In this document: positions 24,517-37,254 of the stretch, piece by piece
Layout: each line of letters starts with the position of its first letter
How positions within the stretch are numbered: position 1 is the stretch's first letter
NCBI RefSeq assembly: GCF_018350175.1
Contig: NC_058368.1
Location: forward strand, 238,702,001 to 238,766,000
Length of the DNA stretch: 64,000 bases
DNA from: Felis catus
Taxonomy: Eukaryota
Direction: 5' to 3'
Translations under genes and position numbers: made by a program
The notes under the pieces: model-generated
The model's input: only the letters and a program-made list of their open reading frames with translations
Database searches by the model: none
Told to the model about the DNA's origin: nothing

Positions 24517-25018
24517 CTGAGGACGGCCATCAAGTCACCGGCACAGGCAGATGGGCGGGCGGCCCTCTGCTGCCTCCAGGCCATCTGCCTGATTCACACG
24601 GCCTCCCACACAGACCCAGGGACGCCCACAGAGCTTGTCTCAGCGGCCTTTTTGTGCCCCCGAATTTAGCCCAGCCCGTGCACCGGGCAGCCTGGGACAG
24701 CCCTGCTGTCATTGGGATCGCATCTCTGGGACCCTTTCCATCTGAAACTGACTCTATGTTCAAAAGACTTAGGAATCAGATAAACTGTCAAAATTTTGCT
24801 CCTTAAGCCAAACACGTCCTGCATGCACAGGCCGGCACAGGGGAGCCCCTGGGACTCTTGGCTGCCCCCCCGCCCTGACCCTCCTCACCGGCCGCCTGGG
24901 AAAGGTCCGGCCCCCCCCCCCTCCCTGCAGGGCAGGGCTCTGAGAGGGCAGGCGGGGAGGGGGCAACCTCTGTGTGTCTGCTGTCCCAGCCTTCCCCGGG
25001 GGCCGCCTGGCACCTCAC

Positions 25019-25114
25019 CTCCCTGGTGGCTATGCCATTGTTGTCGAAACCATAGAATGTGAACGTCCACTCCTGATGGTTGTTCTCCTTCACCGAGACG
25101 TCGCACTGGAGCGC
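25019..25114 (-). CDS. NKD2: NKD2 EF-hand exon (ALQCDVSVKENNHQEWTFTFYGFDNNGIATRE)
   Basis: cag|GCG, GAG|gtgag, 96 nt. Confidence 0.95.
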
Positions 25115-25342
25115 CTGCAGGGCACACGGGACAGAAGGAGGCAGGCAGGGTCGTCCTCACCCCACACAGGGGGGCCTGGGCCCTGGGCCCTGCCTGCCCT
25201 CCAACACCAGCCCCTCCCCCACTCCAGGCGGGCAGGCACAAACCATAAGTCGGGACCTCCTGGGATGGGGGGGCACCTAAAGGGGGGGGAGCACCATCCC
25301 GGCCCAGGACCTCCTGGCAGGCAGGGAGGAGCAAAGACCTAC

Positions 25343-25470
25343 ATCGATGTTCAGGCGCCTCTTGCCCAGCCCTCGTGGGCCCTCGCGGCTTGCTGCTTTC
25401 TCTCCATCAAGCACGCCAAAGAGCTGTCCTGTGCTGCCTCGGCCCTCGGCTTTCTCAGGGGTGACTGCCA
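25343..25470 (-). CDS. NKD2: NKD2 coding exon (VAVTPEKAEG...RRLNID)
   Basis: cag|TG, GAT|gtagg, 128 nt. Confidence 0.93.
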
Positions 25471-26623
25471 CTGGAGGGAGGAGAAGGCTGGGAAGGGTCC
25501 TTTCCGGGTGGGGCAGAGGGATACGGCAGGTGTGGCCGGGGAGCCCTGGAGTCCTTGCCAGCCTCTGGTCCCCTCCATCAGGGTCCGAGCTGAGAGCCCA
25601 CCCCCCAAGGAGGCACCAGGGACCTGTGAGGAGGGCGGGGCGGCCCTCACCAGGGTTAACCAGGTGCACCCTCCTGCCTCTGCCCCCCGCACCCCAGGCA
25701 GCAGTGACTTTGGAGCCCAGGGGAGGAGGCCCCCTGCAGGCCAGGACAGGGAAGTCCCTGCCCGAGGGGGGCAGGAGCACCATCCGGGCCCGGCCCAGGA
25801 TGCCCCCTCTCCCCATCTACTGGGTCCAGTTTCCGCTGGACTCCAGGACCCAGGGGATGCCCGTGTGCTGAGCGTCAGTGGGAAGCAGCCAGTCGCCAAA
25901 CGAGTCAAGCGCTCGTTTTCCGGGCTCGTTTATCCTCTGGGAGAGGAGCTCAGGCCTGTCCTGGCTTAGCACCTGCTGGCAGGTGTCCATGCTGGTGGGA
26001 GTGGGGGACGTGCTCAGGGCCTGAGCCCCCAGCTAAGAGGGTCTCGGAGCCCCTCTGAAGGCAGCCTTGCTGGTGAGCCTCCTTATACCCCACACGACGC
26101 ACATCTGAGGATAACCTGCCACGCTCCACGGGCGGACTACGCCACTGAGGATGCGGACGTGTGGCCGGGACTCTGGCCAGTCAACATTTCCCAGCTGACC
26201 GTTCCCGGCAGCCTTCTGCTGACACAGGATGTCAGACCCAGACCTGACCCTGGATTGGCCAAATGGCTTTTATACAAAGCCTGGCCATCCCACCTGCACG
26301 CCGGCTCATGGGGATCCAGACACATAAAAGGTCAGAGGCCCTTGTGACTCCAGCTTTTGCTCACATCCCTAGATCCAAAACCCAAGTCCCCTAAGCCACG
26401 CAAGGAGCCCCGAGAGAAGTGTTATTTCGAAGTATATTTTAAGGCCAAACTGCCTTTCAGACCGGGGACAGTGGCACCTGCGACAGCCCCCTGGGTTGGC
26501 CCGGGTTTCAGGGACATGCCAAGGCGGGCTGTCCCGTCACCAGGGGCTCAGCTCGTTCTGAGCGCAGTTCCTGCTCGTGCCCTGGGTCAGGCTTATCGAT
26601 GAGGTTCGGGGAAGGAGACTTAC

Positions 26624-26684
26624 CCTCTAGGGGACACTGGTCCTCCCAGAAAGGTCCCTCCTGCAGGTCCCCGCTGAGCAGCTC
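26624..26684 (-). CDS. NKD2: NKD2 coding exon (ELLSGDLQEGPFWEDQCPLE)
   Basis: cag|GAG, G|gtaagt, 61 nt. Confidence 0.92.
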
Positions 26685-28690
26685 CTGCAACAGCAACAGG
26701 ACAGCCAGATGACACAGCTCAGCAGCAGAGACCCAGGCACGAGCCCTGGGCACCCGAACCGGACGCCGGCCTCCCGGGCTGTCATATGCTCTCGGCTGAG
26801 AGATATGACCTCTCCACACCTCACTGAGCCTCAGATTTTAGAAAGCAACCCCCACCCCCCGGGGTCATCCGGATGCGACTGCACCGTGTCCGGAAGACGT
26901 GGCTGCCTGTGCGCGCAGCGGCCGCCGTAGAATGCGCCCCGCGCGCCCGGGTCGAGTGGCATGGCCTTTGCCTGAGCCCGCAGCATAGCCTTTGCTGTTA
27001 GAGGACAGCCCGGCACAGGTGCTGCCAGAGCCCAGGGCGGCGGCCGCGGGGAGGGCGTTCGGGGCAGCCGGACGGCGTGAGAGGACCCCGTAGCCCATCT
27101 CAAGGCCAGTTACGGAAAAATGGGGAAAGATCCTCAGCACATCCGAGCGGCTTCGGCAGGAAAGCTACTGAATGGAAGTTCGGGGAGTTGCATAAATAAT
27201 TCACAGAAGCAAACAACGTGGAGAAAGAAACGCCAGACGTGACCGGGGAAGCCTCCTTGAATCGAAAGGGCCCCAAGATGGTGTGGAAACCGGCCACCCC
27301 AGGAACCAGCGAACCTCCCAGGGGCCTTTGTGGGGAAGTGACGATTCTTGTCCCTGCGACTGGTGATTTCAGACAGATTCGTCCCCGTTACACAGACGCC
27401 CTTAAATCTGTGCTGCTTTGGCTGAAGAGGGGGGCAGAGAGCTTGGATTGGGACACATCAAACCCACCGCAGCCCCTGGCCAGATGTGCTGCGGGCCCTG
27501 CCCAGGGGGCCCCAAGGGGCCGAATCCCAGATGGCGGGGTCCCATCAAGAAGAGGGCGTAACCATCTGCCCCTCCGGGAGTCCCAGCAAGGGCCCACCTC
27601 CCACAGCAGCGCCCTCCCCAGCCCGCCAGGGTGCCCCACCCTTCGCTCCCCCCCAGAGGCGTCTCTTGCTGAGACCACCCCCAGCTCAGACTCCTAAGCT
27701 CCTCGTCCTCCCTAGCAAGTGGCCCCTCACCGGACAGGCCCTGGAGGAGGCCAGGAGAACCCAGCTCCTCAGGGGAGGCCTGCCAGATGCCCCCACCGCT
27801 GCCCGTGGGTGCAGAGACACTGGGAGCTTGGACGAAAAAAGTAAGCTTCCGGCCTCCCCTGAAAAGCCAGAAGGTCCAGCCACGTGTTCCCAAGGATCCC
27901 CAGGACCCTCCGCCCCTGGGGATACCCCCACGCCATCCCCCACCCCTGGGGGGACCTCTCTCGGGCATCCTTCTCCTGTGGGGGACCCCCATGCCACCAG
28001 AACTGTGGCCACGCCGGGCCAGCCACCCTGTGGTGTTAGGTCTGAGAGGTCACGTGCACGTCCTGGCCGGGACCAGCTCCTGTCAAGGCCATGTGGGTGT
28101 GGGCGTTTGGGGTTCTGCAAACAATCCCCCCAGGAGGAGTCTACTTTTCGGATTTCAGCGTCTGTCTTTCTTGGAAACCCATTTCTCTCACCCTTGGAAA
28201 CACCCTGAGGAAAACCGCTTTTCTAAGACCTCTTCCTTCTCAACCCGCTAAAGCGTGGGCTCAAAAACTGCTCTCTGTGGAATAATGCTGAGCATTCTGG
28301 AAGGATCTCATGGGTCTGCTGTAAACACAAGGCCACGGTGAGAACATCCTGAGCACAAAGGGGAGGCTCAGCTTCCGCCTCAAAGCCAGGCTGCGACCGG
28401 AAACGGGGCAGGTCGGCTGGAAGGGACAGCTGTGTGTTTGCTCCCCAAGACAACACTCGGCCTGCCTGAGAGATGGGTTCTCCCCCGGATGCTCGCTGTG
28501 TGTTGAGTCCAGAGGAGTGACAGCAAGGACCTGAGCACGTTCTGTTGCGACAAGAATCCAGCATCTCCACGGAGGGCTGGGCTGCTGGGACCCACGGTGA
28601 GCGGTGGGCGCGTGCCTCCCTCCACCTCGCCCCTGCCAGCTGCTGCCCTGTGAACTGTCCCTTCTTCTGTGTTAAAAAAATGCAGAACTA

Positions 28691-28903
28691 GGGGCGGCTG
28701 GGTGGCTCAGTCGGTTGGGCGTCTGACTTCAGCTCAGGTCATGATCTCACAGCTTGTGAGTCTGAGCCCCACATCGGACTCTGTGCTGATGGCTCAGAGC
28801 CTGGAGCCTGCTTCCGATTCTGTGTCTCCCTCTGTCTCTCTGCCCCTCCCCTGCTCACGTTCTGTCCCTCTCTGTTTCTCAAAAATAAATAAACATTAAA
28901 AAA
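28691..28903 (+). mobile_element. Carnivore SINE (SINEC family)
   Basis: ggggcggctgggtggctcagtcggtt tRNA-like head, CT-rich stretch, aataaataaacatt tail; degenerate TSD aaaa.gcagaa. Confidence 0.95.
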
Positions 28904-31072
28904 CTTTTAAAAGGCAGAATGGTCCACTCAGTGCACCTCACAGCTACCTCGTGACTCCCGACCTGGAGCCCTGGAGCCTCTAGGGTCCGGGAAACGTTGG
29001 CCTGTTCCTCAAATGTAAGGTCAAGGCTGCTTCCACTTCTGAGGGGCAGGACTGGGAGAGAGGTGGGAGGGAGGTGGGATGGGGAGTCCAGGCAGGGGTG
29101 AGAGGTGGGGTGAGGGTGACAGATGGGGTGGGGGTAGGGAGGGAGAGGAAGACAGAGATGGGGGAGGCAGGGGAGGGGAGGAAGGGGCCCCGGGCAGGTG
29201 TGTTGCTGGCATTTTCCAGAACCAGATGCTCTTGGCATAACAGCCACTGGGGCTCCCCAGACCCTCAGGGGAGGGTGGCCCGAAATGCCGGGTGGCCCCT
29301 CACGACCATCTAGAAGGTGCTGTTCAAGCATCCCCATGAAGTCGGAAACAAGGGGGGTCCCTCCTCGCAGGCCCCACCGGCACGTCCGGGGCTCCCGGCC
29401 CCTCCACGGCCACACCACCTGCCCCCCGCCACCGTGGCCCAGCTCACACCAGCTCCACCCCGCGCTGGGGGCTGCCAACCAGCCAGCAGGGTTTCTGACC
29501 ATCGGGGACATGGTGACAGGAGAAGCAGGTGGCTCTACAGCAGAGCAGGGAGGGTCTTCGGGTGGCTGGACGGGAAGGAGCCCTCTCAGCCTCCAGCGCG
29601 CGGCTCCTGCCGTCGGCACCGCTGACCGGCCGCGGGACTCCCAGAGACCAAGGGCTGCAGCGTCAGGAGCCCCCAGGACCACCTCCCCCAGGTTAATCCC
29701 GCCGACGGGGGCCGCCCTGGGTGCTGGGTGGCCGGGTGGGAGGCCAGGCAAGGAGCTGCCTGCCGTGTGGCGGAAGACGGTGGAGTGACAGGGCAGATGG
29801 GGGTTTGCGGGCCCAGGAGGGGAGGCCGAGGGGTGCAGGGCAGAGGCCCGGCGAGCGCTGCGGGTGGTGGGGGCCTCACGCTCGGGTTCTCGGGGCTCAG
29901 GACACGGGGCGGGATTGACATGGGGTAAGAGGTGGGGAGTCTGGGCTCAGCACGCAGTCCCGGGCCTTGTGGGGAAAGGCAGAGAGCGAGGCCAAGTCAA
30001 GGGTCAAGAGTGCAGAGCCCTGGGGAGGACGAGGGCCAGGGCGGGAGGCTGCAGGGGTGGCGGGGGACAGGAGCCCCAGCCCGCGGTCCCATGAGGGCCC
30101 CTGCCTCCAAAGCTCTTTGAATGAGAAGAACCCCCACGCCTGCCTGCCAGGAATCCCAGGTGGTTGGGGGTCTGGGGGCGCGTCCGCCCACACGCGTCTC
30201 GGGCCCCCATACTCTGTTTTGACGAGAGGAAGGCAGGAAGGCGGAGACCCGCCATCGGGTGGAGTGTGACCTCGCGGTGACCCGCCAGCGAGTCTGTCTG
30301 GATCGCCTCGGGCGGCTTTGAAGTGCGCCTCTCGGTTTCCGCAGCTAAACAGTTTCAGATGTGACACGGCGGCTTCACGGGCTTGATGATTCCGACACGC
30401 GTGCTGAGGCCCAGGGGCCCCGCTCAGGACTCCGGACCCTGAGACCAAGGCTCCCGGAGAGGCGGGCGGGCTTCAGCTTCTGGTTCTTTCTTTCACAATG
30501 ACAAGGCTTCCAGATCTGAGAGCGGCCTTTCCAGATTTTGTCCATCGGTGCTTCTAGGTTAGGGCTGTTTCATCAGACTTTGTAATCACCAATCTGGAAT
30601 TTATGTCTAGAAACCCGGTAATTTGGGGACCAAATTACCCGAATAAATGTGTCTGTCTCTTCACACGCCAGCTCTCTGCTGGAACTTACTCCCCAAATGA
30701 GGTCGGACAACAAAAATGCTTCCTCTCTGTCTCATCCCCAACACGGTTTGCCATAAAATTGCTTGTTTTGTTAAGAAAAGACACAGAATGCATTACATGC
30801 CCCGCTTCCCCTGGTCTCTAGAGGTTAACAGCAACCACTCCCCCCAGAAAATACCCTGAGACTGTCCCCGAGGTCCCCTCGCTTGGACCTTGCTGGAGAA
30901 TGGCTGCCAAGCGTGTGGCGGGAATGGCTGAGAAACCACAGCACGGGGGACAGGAGCGTCAACCCAGGACACGCCGCGGAAGACTCAGCCCAGCGGCCGG
31001 CCCCAGTGCGTGGGGATGTTGGGGGGAGAGGACACATACGTGTGAATATACACGTGTGGGATGGTATCTCAT

Positions 31073-31107
31073 GTGCACACACACACACGCACACGGGTAT
31101 GCACATG

Positions 31108-31137
<30 letters not shown>
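31073..31137. repeat. (CA)n microsatellite, purest at 31108-31136
   Basis: Direct inspection. Confidence 0.9.
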
Positions 31138-31138
<1 letters not shown>

Positions 31139-31511
31139 CTACCCCAGATAATTGAGAAGGGGCCATAAATATGCTAAAACCATCCCCAGGGACGTTAGCA
31201 TCCGGGAACTGTTTTCAGTCTAACACTAAATGTTAGAGAACACTTTTCTCAGCTGACCTGCAGACTCGATTGTCTGCTCCCAAACACGCCTGCTCCTGTC
31301 TCTGTCTTCAGAGTTAACGATTTATAATTTCCCAGAAAAAAGAAAATCGAGGGTGACTGACCTTCCATATCCTGCTGCTGTCCTCTGAGCTTACTGGCCA
31401 GAGGCCACAAAACACAACACAGAGCCCCCCCATCCCCTTGGGAAGCGGCTGCACCCCAGGCCAGTCCTGTGTAGACAAGGTTTAACGCACCAGGTTTAAA
31501 GTGCAGACCCA

Positions 31512-31727
31512 GGGGCGCCTGGGTGGCTCAGTCGGTTCAGCGTCCGACTTCGGCTCAGGTCATGATCTCACCGTTCGTGAGTTTGAGCCCCGCATCGGGC
31601 TCTGTGCTGACAGCTCAGAGCCCGGAGCCTGCTTTGGATTCTCTGTCTCCCTCTCTCTCTGCCCCTCTCCCATTCACACTCTGTCTCTCTCTCTGTCTCA
31701 AAAATAAATAAACATTAAAAAATTTAA
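31512..31727 (+). mobile_element. Carnivore SINE, first of a tandem pair
   Basis: Full head, CT region and A tail; TSD taaagtgcagacccag at 31497 and 31952 flanks the pair. Confidence 0.96.
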
Positions 31728-31951
31728 GGGGCGCCTGGGTGGCTCAGTCGGTTAAGCGTCCGACTTCAGCTCAGGTCACGATCTCACGGTCCGTGAGTTC
31801 GAGCCCCGCGTCGGGCTCTGTGCTGACAGCTCGGAGCCTGGAGCCTGTTTCAGATTCTGTGTCTCCCTCTCTCTCTGACCCTCCCCCGTTCATGCTGTCT
31901 CTCGCTGTCTCAAAAATAAATAAACGTTAAAAAAAAAAAATAATAAATAAA
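31728..31951 (+). mobile_element. Feline-type SINE inserted in the tail of the previous SINE
   Basis: CpG-retaining full-length copy with long A/TAAA tail. Confidence 0.96.
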
Positions 31952-32904
31952 TAAAGTGCAGACCCAGAAGCCGACTCCCCTCTGTCTCAATCTTCCCCGG
32001 GAACCCTGACTTCTCCCGTTCTTTCATTTGTATTAAAGCCTTATGTTTCCACTTCACCGGAAGACTAATCCCAAAGCTGGAAAAGAACCCATGGATTTTA
32101 GGTCTCTTTTGTTTGTTTGTTTTTTACTTTAGAAGGCGCCGTCTGCTCTGTGAAGTCCGTGTGCTGAGCAGAGAAGAACGGGCTGGGAGTGTTGAAGGGC
32201 TCCTATCTGGTTCCGGCACACGACCCTGAGGACTGGGCTACTCTGGGGAAGGTGATACGCACTGTTTCTTCCTCTGGAACCTTCTTGCTCGCGTCACGTG
32301 CAAACACAGCCCTTGAACGGCAGGGACGGATGGCCCCCCCAGCCTCTGGGGAGACCCCTGAGCTCAGAGGGAGCAGCTCGTGCCGGCCATGCCCCTCCTG
32401 TGCCCGCACCCCTCCCACGTTCAAGGAGGCCTGCACACGTCTTAGTTAAGCAATGATCTGGACTCAGAACCGGGAACTGCAAGTGCAAAGGACGAGCCCC
32501 GAGTGCAGGACGCATGCTTGCCGGGCCGTTGGTCAGGTGACACAGCGCAGTGGTTCCCAGGATGACGAGGGGATCCGCACAGTCGCCTGGTCACACTGCC
32601 CTCTGGCCCGGGACTCACCCCACCCGGTGTCCCCCCCATGCCCCGCTGTCTGACTCCCGCAGCCCGTGAGCAGCGCGGGGCCCGCCTGGGTTGGGTCCCG
32701 GCTGCACGGCTCTACGCGGCGCGACCCCGGGCAATCCCCTAACCCTACCGTGCCTTGGTTTCCCCTCTGCGGAAGGGGGAAATGACTGTTGTGACGGGCG
32801 GTCCTGACCCTGCCGCTGCCGCCAACGGGTCGCGTCCAGACTCGTAGGCGAGGCCTGCAGGTGTCGGCAGGGGCTGCAAGGCCCCCCCGCCCTCCCGCCA
32901 CGAG

Positions 32905-33480
32905 ACTGAAAGATGTGTTTGCTCTGCCTGCCTTAAAATGTCTCTCCTTGTTGTTGGTTTTCAGCAACTGGATCGTCAGACATCCTGGCACAGTCCTCTT
33001 CGTTTGCCTGAAGGCACGGAGCACCTTCGGTCTGTGGTTTAGAGTTTTCATTACGTTTGAAGATCTGGGGCCGAATTTCCTCAAACCCTTGCTGCTCTCC
33101 TCCTTCCACGCTCTCCAGGCGCGTCGGACCAGGACGGGGTCCCGCAGCCCCCGGCGCTCTGCGCACACGGCCGTGCAGGCCCCTCTCTGTGCTCCGTCCT
33201 GGCCCACGTCTACGGTGCCGCTGGCCGGGCGCCAGCCTCCCGTAGGGAGAGGTCACTGACGTTGCCCGCCACTGCGCGCTGCTCACTGGGACGCGTGTCC
33301 TCCCGTCTAGAACGTGCGTCCGCACTTCCCACCTCCGGTGACGTGTCCTCTACCTTCGTGAACGCGTGAGACGTATTACCGTTTTCGTGTCTCCTGGGCT
33401 GTTTCTCAGCCCTGTTATGGTTCCGTCTGTGCTGATGGGTTTTCTTCAGGTCACGGTCATGAGGTCTCAATCATTCACAA
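32905..33480 (-). mobile_element. Ancient L1 ORF1-region relic
   Basis: Minus strand translates IQLLKTNNKERHFKAGR, resembling the L1 ORF1p KLLKTKDKEKILKAAR segment. Confidence 0.6.
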
Positions 33481-34451
33481 GACCGAGCAATTTCGATCGC
33501 ACGCTGCAGGTCGGGCTGGATTCTGTGGGGGCACGGCGCTGTTTTGTCACGCCGTGCCGACCCCCGACGGCCCAGCCTGGATGCACTGACGAGGGGACCT
33601 GACTTCCCACACCTGTCTGGACCCCACAAGCCGCCTACACGCTCCTGGCGGCTCCTTCCCAGCTTCTCACCTGTGCAGGTCGGCCCCCACCTGGACCCGC
33701 GGGGACCCCCTGCCCCCGCTCTCCAGGCGGCCCCTCCTCTGCCGGTGTCCCCGCTCCCTCTTCCATGCTGTGACCCGGAAACCAGCGCCTGCTCCCCGTG
33801 CCTCCCAGGGGTCACCGCCCCGCACTGCGTCGTCTGACGGTCGCTGTGTTCCGTGCTCCGTGCAGTCTCCCTGCTGTGTGAGGCAGGACGGCAAACGCAG
33901 TCCCTCCGTTGTGACATCGGTTTCCGGGCAGCTGGGTCAGCGCCTCCGGCCAGCCCAGTCCCCGGGCCTGCACGGCCCTCAGCGCGACGCCCGTGGAATC
34001 TCGCCCTGGTGCCTCCCCTCAGCCCAGCCACTGCCGTCTTCACTCCTCGTCTCTAGGGAGAGAGGGCAGCCCCTGTTCCCAACTTCAATTTGCCCTCGTT
34101 TTAGGAGGCTCTCCCTCATCCCGTGAGGCACGGCGCGTATCACTCCCATGGTGCACTCCCCTGTTTCCACATTTATGTGTCGAGAACGTGTTGCACACCG
34201 CACAAGGTAAACCATAGAAATGCTAGTGCTAATGGTCTGATTGGCCTTCTTTGGTCTAAAAGGATTCTTGACAATTTTAAAAGCCAAGCCCCCCCCGACA
34301 CACACACGTGAGTAGGATGTATACACCCATATCGCACTCTCACACTGATCTGGCTGACGACTCCTTCAAACACACGAAAACTGCCGTGACCAACCCCAGC
34401 CGCGGAGGGAGGGGACCGGAGTTGGCTACACCCCAAATGCAGCCTCCCGGG

Positions 34452-34630
34452 GCTGTACTGTCCACGTGGCAGCCACAGCCACGGCCACGTGGCCATTTAA
34501 ATTTCAACGTATTCAAATGGAACCACATTAGAAATCCATTTCTCTGTTGCACCAGCCACATTTCAAGCATGAGGGTGACCCCTGTGGGCAGCGTGGGTAC
34601 ATCCAGTCCAGTTCTACTGGACGGCGCCTA
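34452..34630. mobile_element. MER3/MER33-like hAT-Charlie DNA transposon relic
   Basis: Degenerate terminal inverted ends (ctgtcca ... tggacggcgc), internal gccacgtggcc and agccacatttcaag motifs. Confidence 0.6.
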
Positions 34631-34639
34631 GTCCCATGC

Positions 34640-34745
34640 CCCCACCTACAGATGGAGAAACTGAGGCCTGGAGACGTGTGCAGGCTCCCCAGGTCACAGG
34701 GAGAGCCAGCTGGACCCTGGCCCACCCGGCCATCCTGCCTTGCCA
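34640..34745 (-). mobile_element. MIR core fragment
   Basis: acagatggagaaactgaggc...cccaggtcacag. Confidence 0.6.
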
Positions 34746-37254
34746 AGGCCTCAGTGAGCGGCTTCAGGCCAGGACCGAAGTGGGGCCCACTTGGCACATC
34801 CGAAGGCCCTGACGTCTGACCTGCTGCATCGTGGCTAGGAGTCGACCGCTGTCGGCCGTGACCCTGACGTTGGCGCCCTCGGCAGAGCGGCTGTCTAGGC
34901 CCGGGCCCCACCCTGCTCCCAAATTCAGCCTCCAGGCAAGGGCTGTCAAGGGCACTGTGCCCCCACGCTGGATGCCCCGGAGGCAGGCAGAGGGAGGACA
35001 GCCGGTGCCCAGCCCCGCTCCTCCTGTGCCGTGGTTCACGTCCCGGGTCTGAACCCGGTGTCTGGATGTTTTGGGTCACACTGTGGAGGGCGCTCTGCAG
35101 AATGAGAAGGCAGGTGCCAGCAGGTGCCAGCCAGAGAGGGGTCCCGGGCCCCGTGAGGAAGGCCGCTGCACGGGCAGCAGAGGGCAGAAAGGGTGTGTGC
35201 AGGGTGGCCCCTGCCCTGCAGGACATCTTGGGACAGCCCCTCAGGGGACCGTGTCTGGGCCTCCACTCGGGCACTCGGTCGGAGAAAAGCCGCAACCTCC
35301 ACAGCCGGCCTATGAAGGTGCCCAGAGAGAACGCGCGTGTCTCTGGTAGCGTGCACCGAGCCACGTCTACCCCTTCCACCCCACGTCCACGGGACCACGG
35401 GGTCCGGGCTTCACCCACACCCCAGCCCCCGCCGCACGGCGCACACGCAGGAGGGGGGAGAGCCTATGTGCCAGCGGAGTGTGCTGTGGGCCTGAGCGTG
35501 AGAGAGCCCGCAGCAGAGGGTCCTGGCCGTCCCCCGCCAAGGAAAGAGGCTCCCGAGTGCAGAGAAGCAAACAGGTTTGCCAAAGAGCCAATAACACCGA
35601 TGCACGGCTACCGAGGTGTTTCGAAGCCTGGCAGGTGACACGCATGCCTCCTCTGGGGGCACAGCAAACAGCCGACCTGTGCGCCTCGTCACTGCCGAGG
35701 TCCCCACGTGACGGCAAGCCGAACTATGCTCCCAGTCCTCTGCCCCACCGCGGCGTGACCAGCTCTCTGACCGCCCCCCCCCCCGGCCCCGGTGACACAA
35801 CAGACCTGTCACTCGTCTTGGTGGCCATCTCACGCTGCCACAACAGGTCCTCGTGGGGTTCCACGGGAAGGACGTGTCGATGCTCGTGTGGAAGACGGAC
35901 ACGCTCAGGTGTGACCTGGGGCGTCACCTGGGGCGTGACTTGGGCCAGGCCCTGCCTGGTGGCTGTCTCCTTACAAGGAGCAAGAAGGGGGCAGTTAGCC
36001 ACCAAGAGCCCTGGACAGACATATGGACGAACGGACTGCTGGCTCGTGTCCCCCTGCAGAGCGGCTTTTGTCTGGGCCTCTCGTGGGGTTGGCTTCCAGC
36101 GCTCTTCCCCATTTCCTGGGAATCCCTCCAAGCAACGATCGCTGCATTGAGATCTTTCTGGAAACCCTGTTCCATGCCCAGAAAACAACTCCAGGACCTG
36201 GGCAAGTGAAAGCCAGTCCTGAAGCCCCCCCCACCCCACCCCAGAGCACACAGATCACTCTATGCCTGTGTGCTTCCACTGGGTGAGGTCTGCAGACCGG
36301 GAGGGGCCCGGAAGCTTCCGTGGTTCAGCCTGCCCAGAGGGGCCTGTGGCCAAGCGCAGAGAAGGAGCAGGTCTGCAGAGGACCAGGATAAGACAGCAGG
36401 TGTCCGTCCTCCCAGGAGGGGCCCCAGGGCCTGGTGAGCGCAGGGAAGGCCGGAGTGCAGAGGGCACCTGGGGGGACACAGGGACAGAGGGCCCACAGAA
36501 CCTCAGAAATCCAGCTGGGCCTAGGGGCACTCAGATGTCCGCGGGCAGGGCTGAGCCAGAAGCCACACTGGGGCGGTGGGAGGTCAGGCAGGGGGGTCCA
36601 CGACCACGAAAGACCCGGCTACACTCGGACTCCTGGGGGCGTGGGGAGGCTCCTGTGCAGGGGTGCGGGCACCTGGCTGAGCAGGCAGCAAAGGGGCAGA
36701 GGCTGAGTGGGAAGCCGGGGCCTGCAGGGGTGTGCGTGGCGAGGACACAAGGGTCTCAGCCTGGTGGAGACCAAGGCTGGTGGAACTGCTGAGTGACAGG
36801 GAGACAACAAAGGCCCAGGGTGGCCAGCCAGTCGTCCTGCGTAGATGAGGGCGTGGGCACAGGGCTGGGGAGACACCTCAGTTTAGGCCCAGCACAGCCC
36901 TGGGGGACAAGGCCGGCAGGCAGCTGGACAGATGCTCCTGGGGGCATGTAGCTACCAGGGGGCAGGAAGAGACCCCGAGGAGCAAGAGTGGACAGGCCCC
37001 GGGACGGGGTGCTGGTCACCCAGGCCAGGAGCCCAGAGGATGGGGCTGTGGGCACCGTCCTGCTCCCGACACTGAGCGTGAAACCCTGACCTCACCAGCA
37101 GGAGGCGAAGAATGTGCCAGAGTCCCACAGCCAATGGGCAGCGAACCATCGGGTCTGGAGAGATCAGCGCTGCCTGAAACCTTCCCACGACAGCCTGGGC
37201 TGTCTACACAGTGGGCAGGGAGCTGGCGCAGGTGGGACTGCCTTCAGAGGGAGG

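Noticed and set aside
26250..26276. TATAAAAG (minus) with nearby CCAAT
   Set aside because: Wrong relative order for a minus-strand promoter; intronic; chance-level motifs.
28691..28770. tRNA-like A/B box sequence (also at other SINE heads)
   Set aside because: SINE head, not a tRNA gene; continues into SINE body and A tail.
35910..35945. Three 12-bp repeats gt(g/c)acctggggc
   Set aside because: Too short and isolated to interpret.
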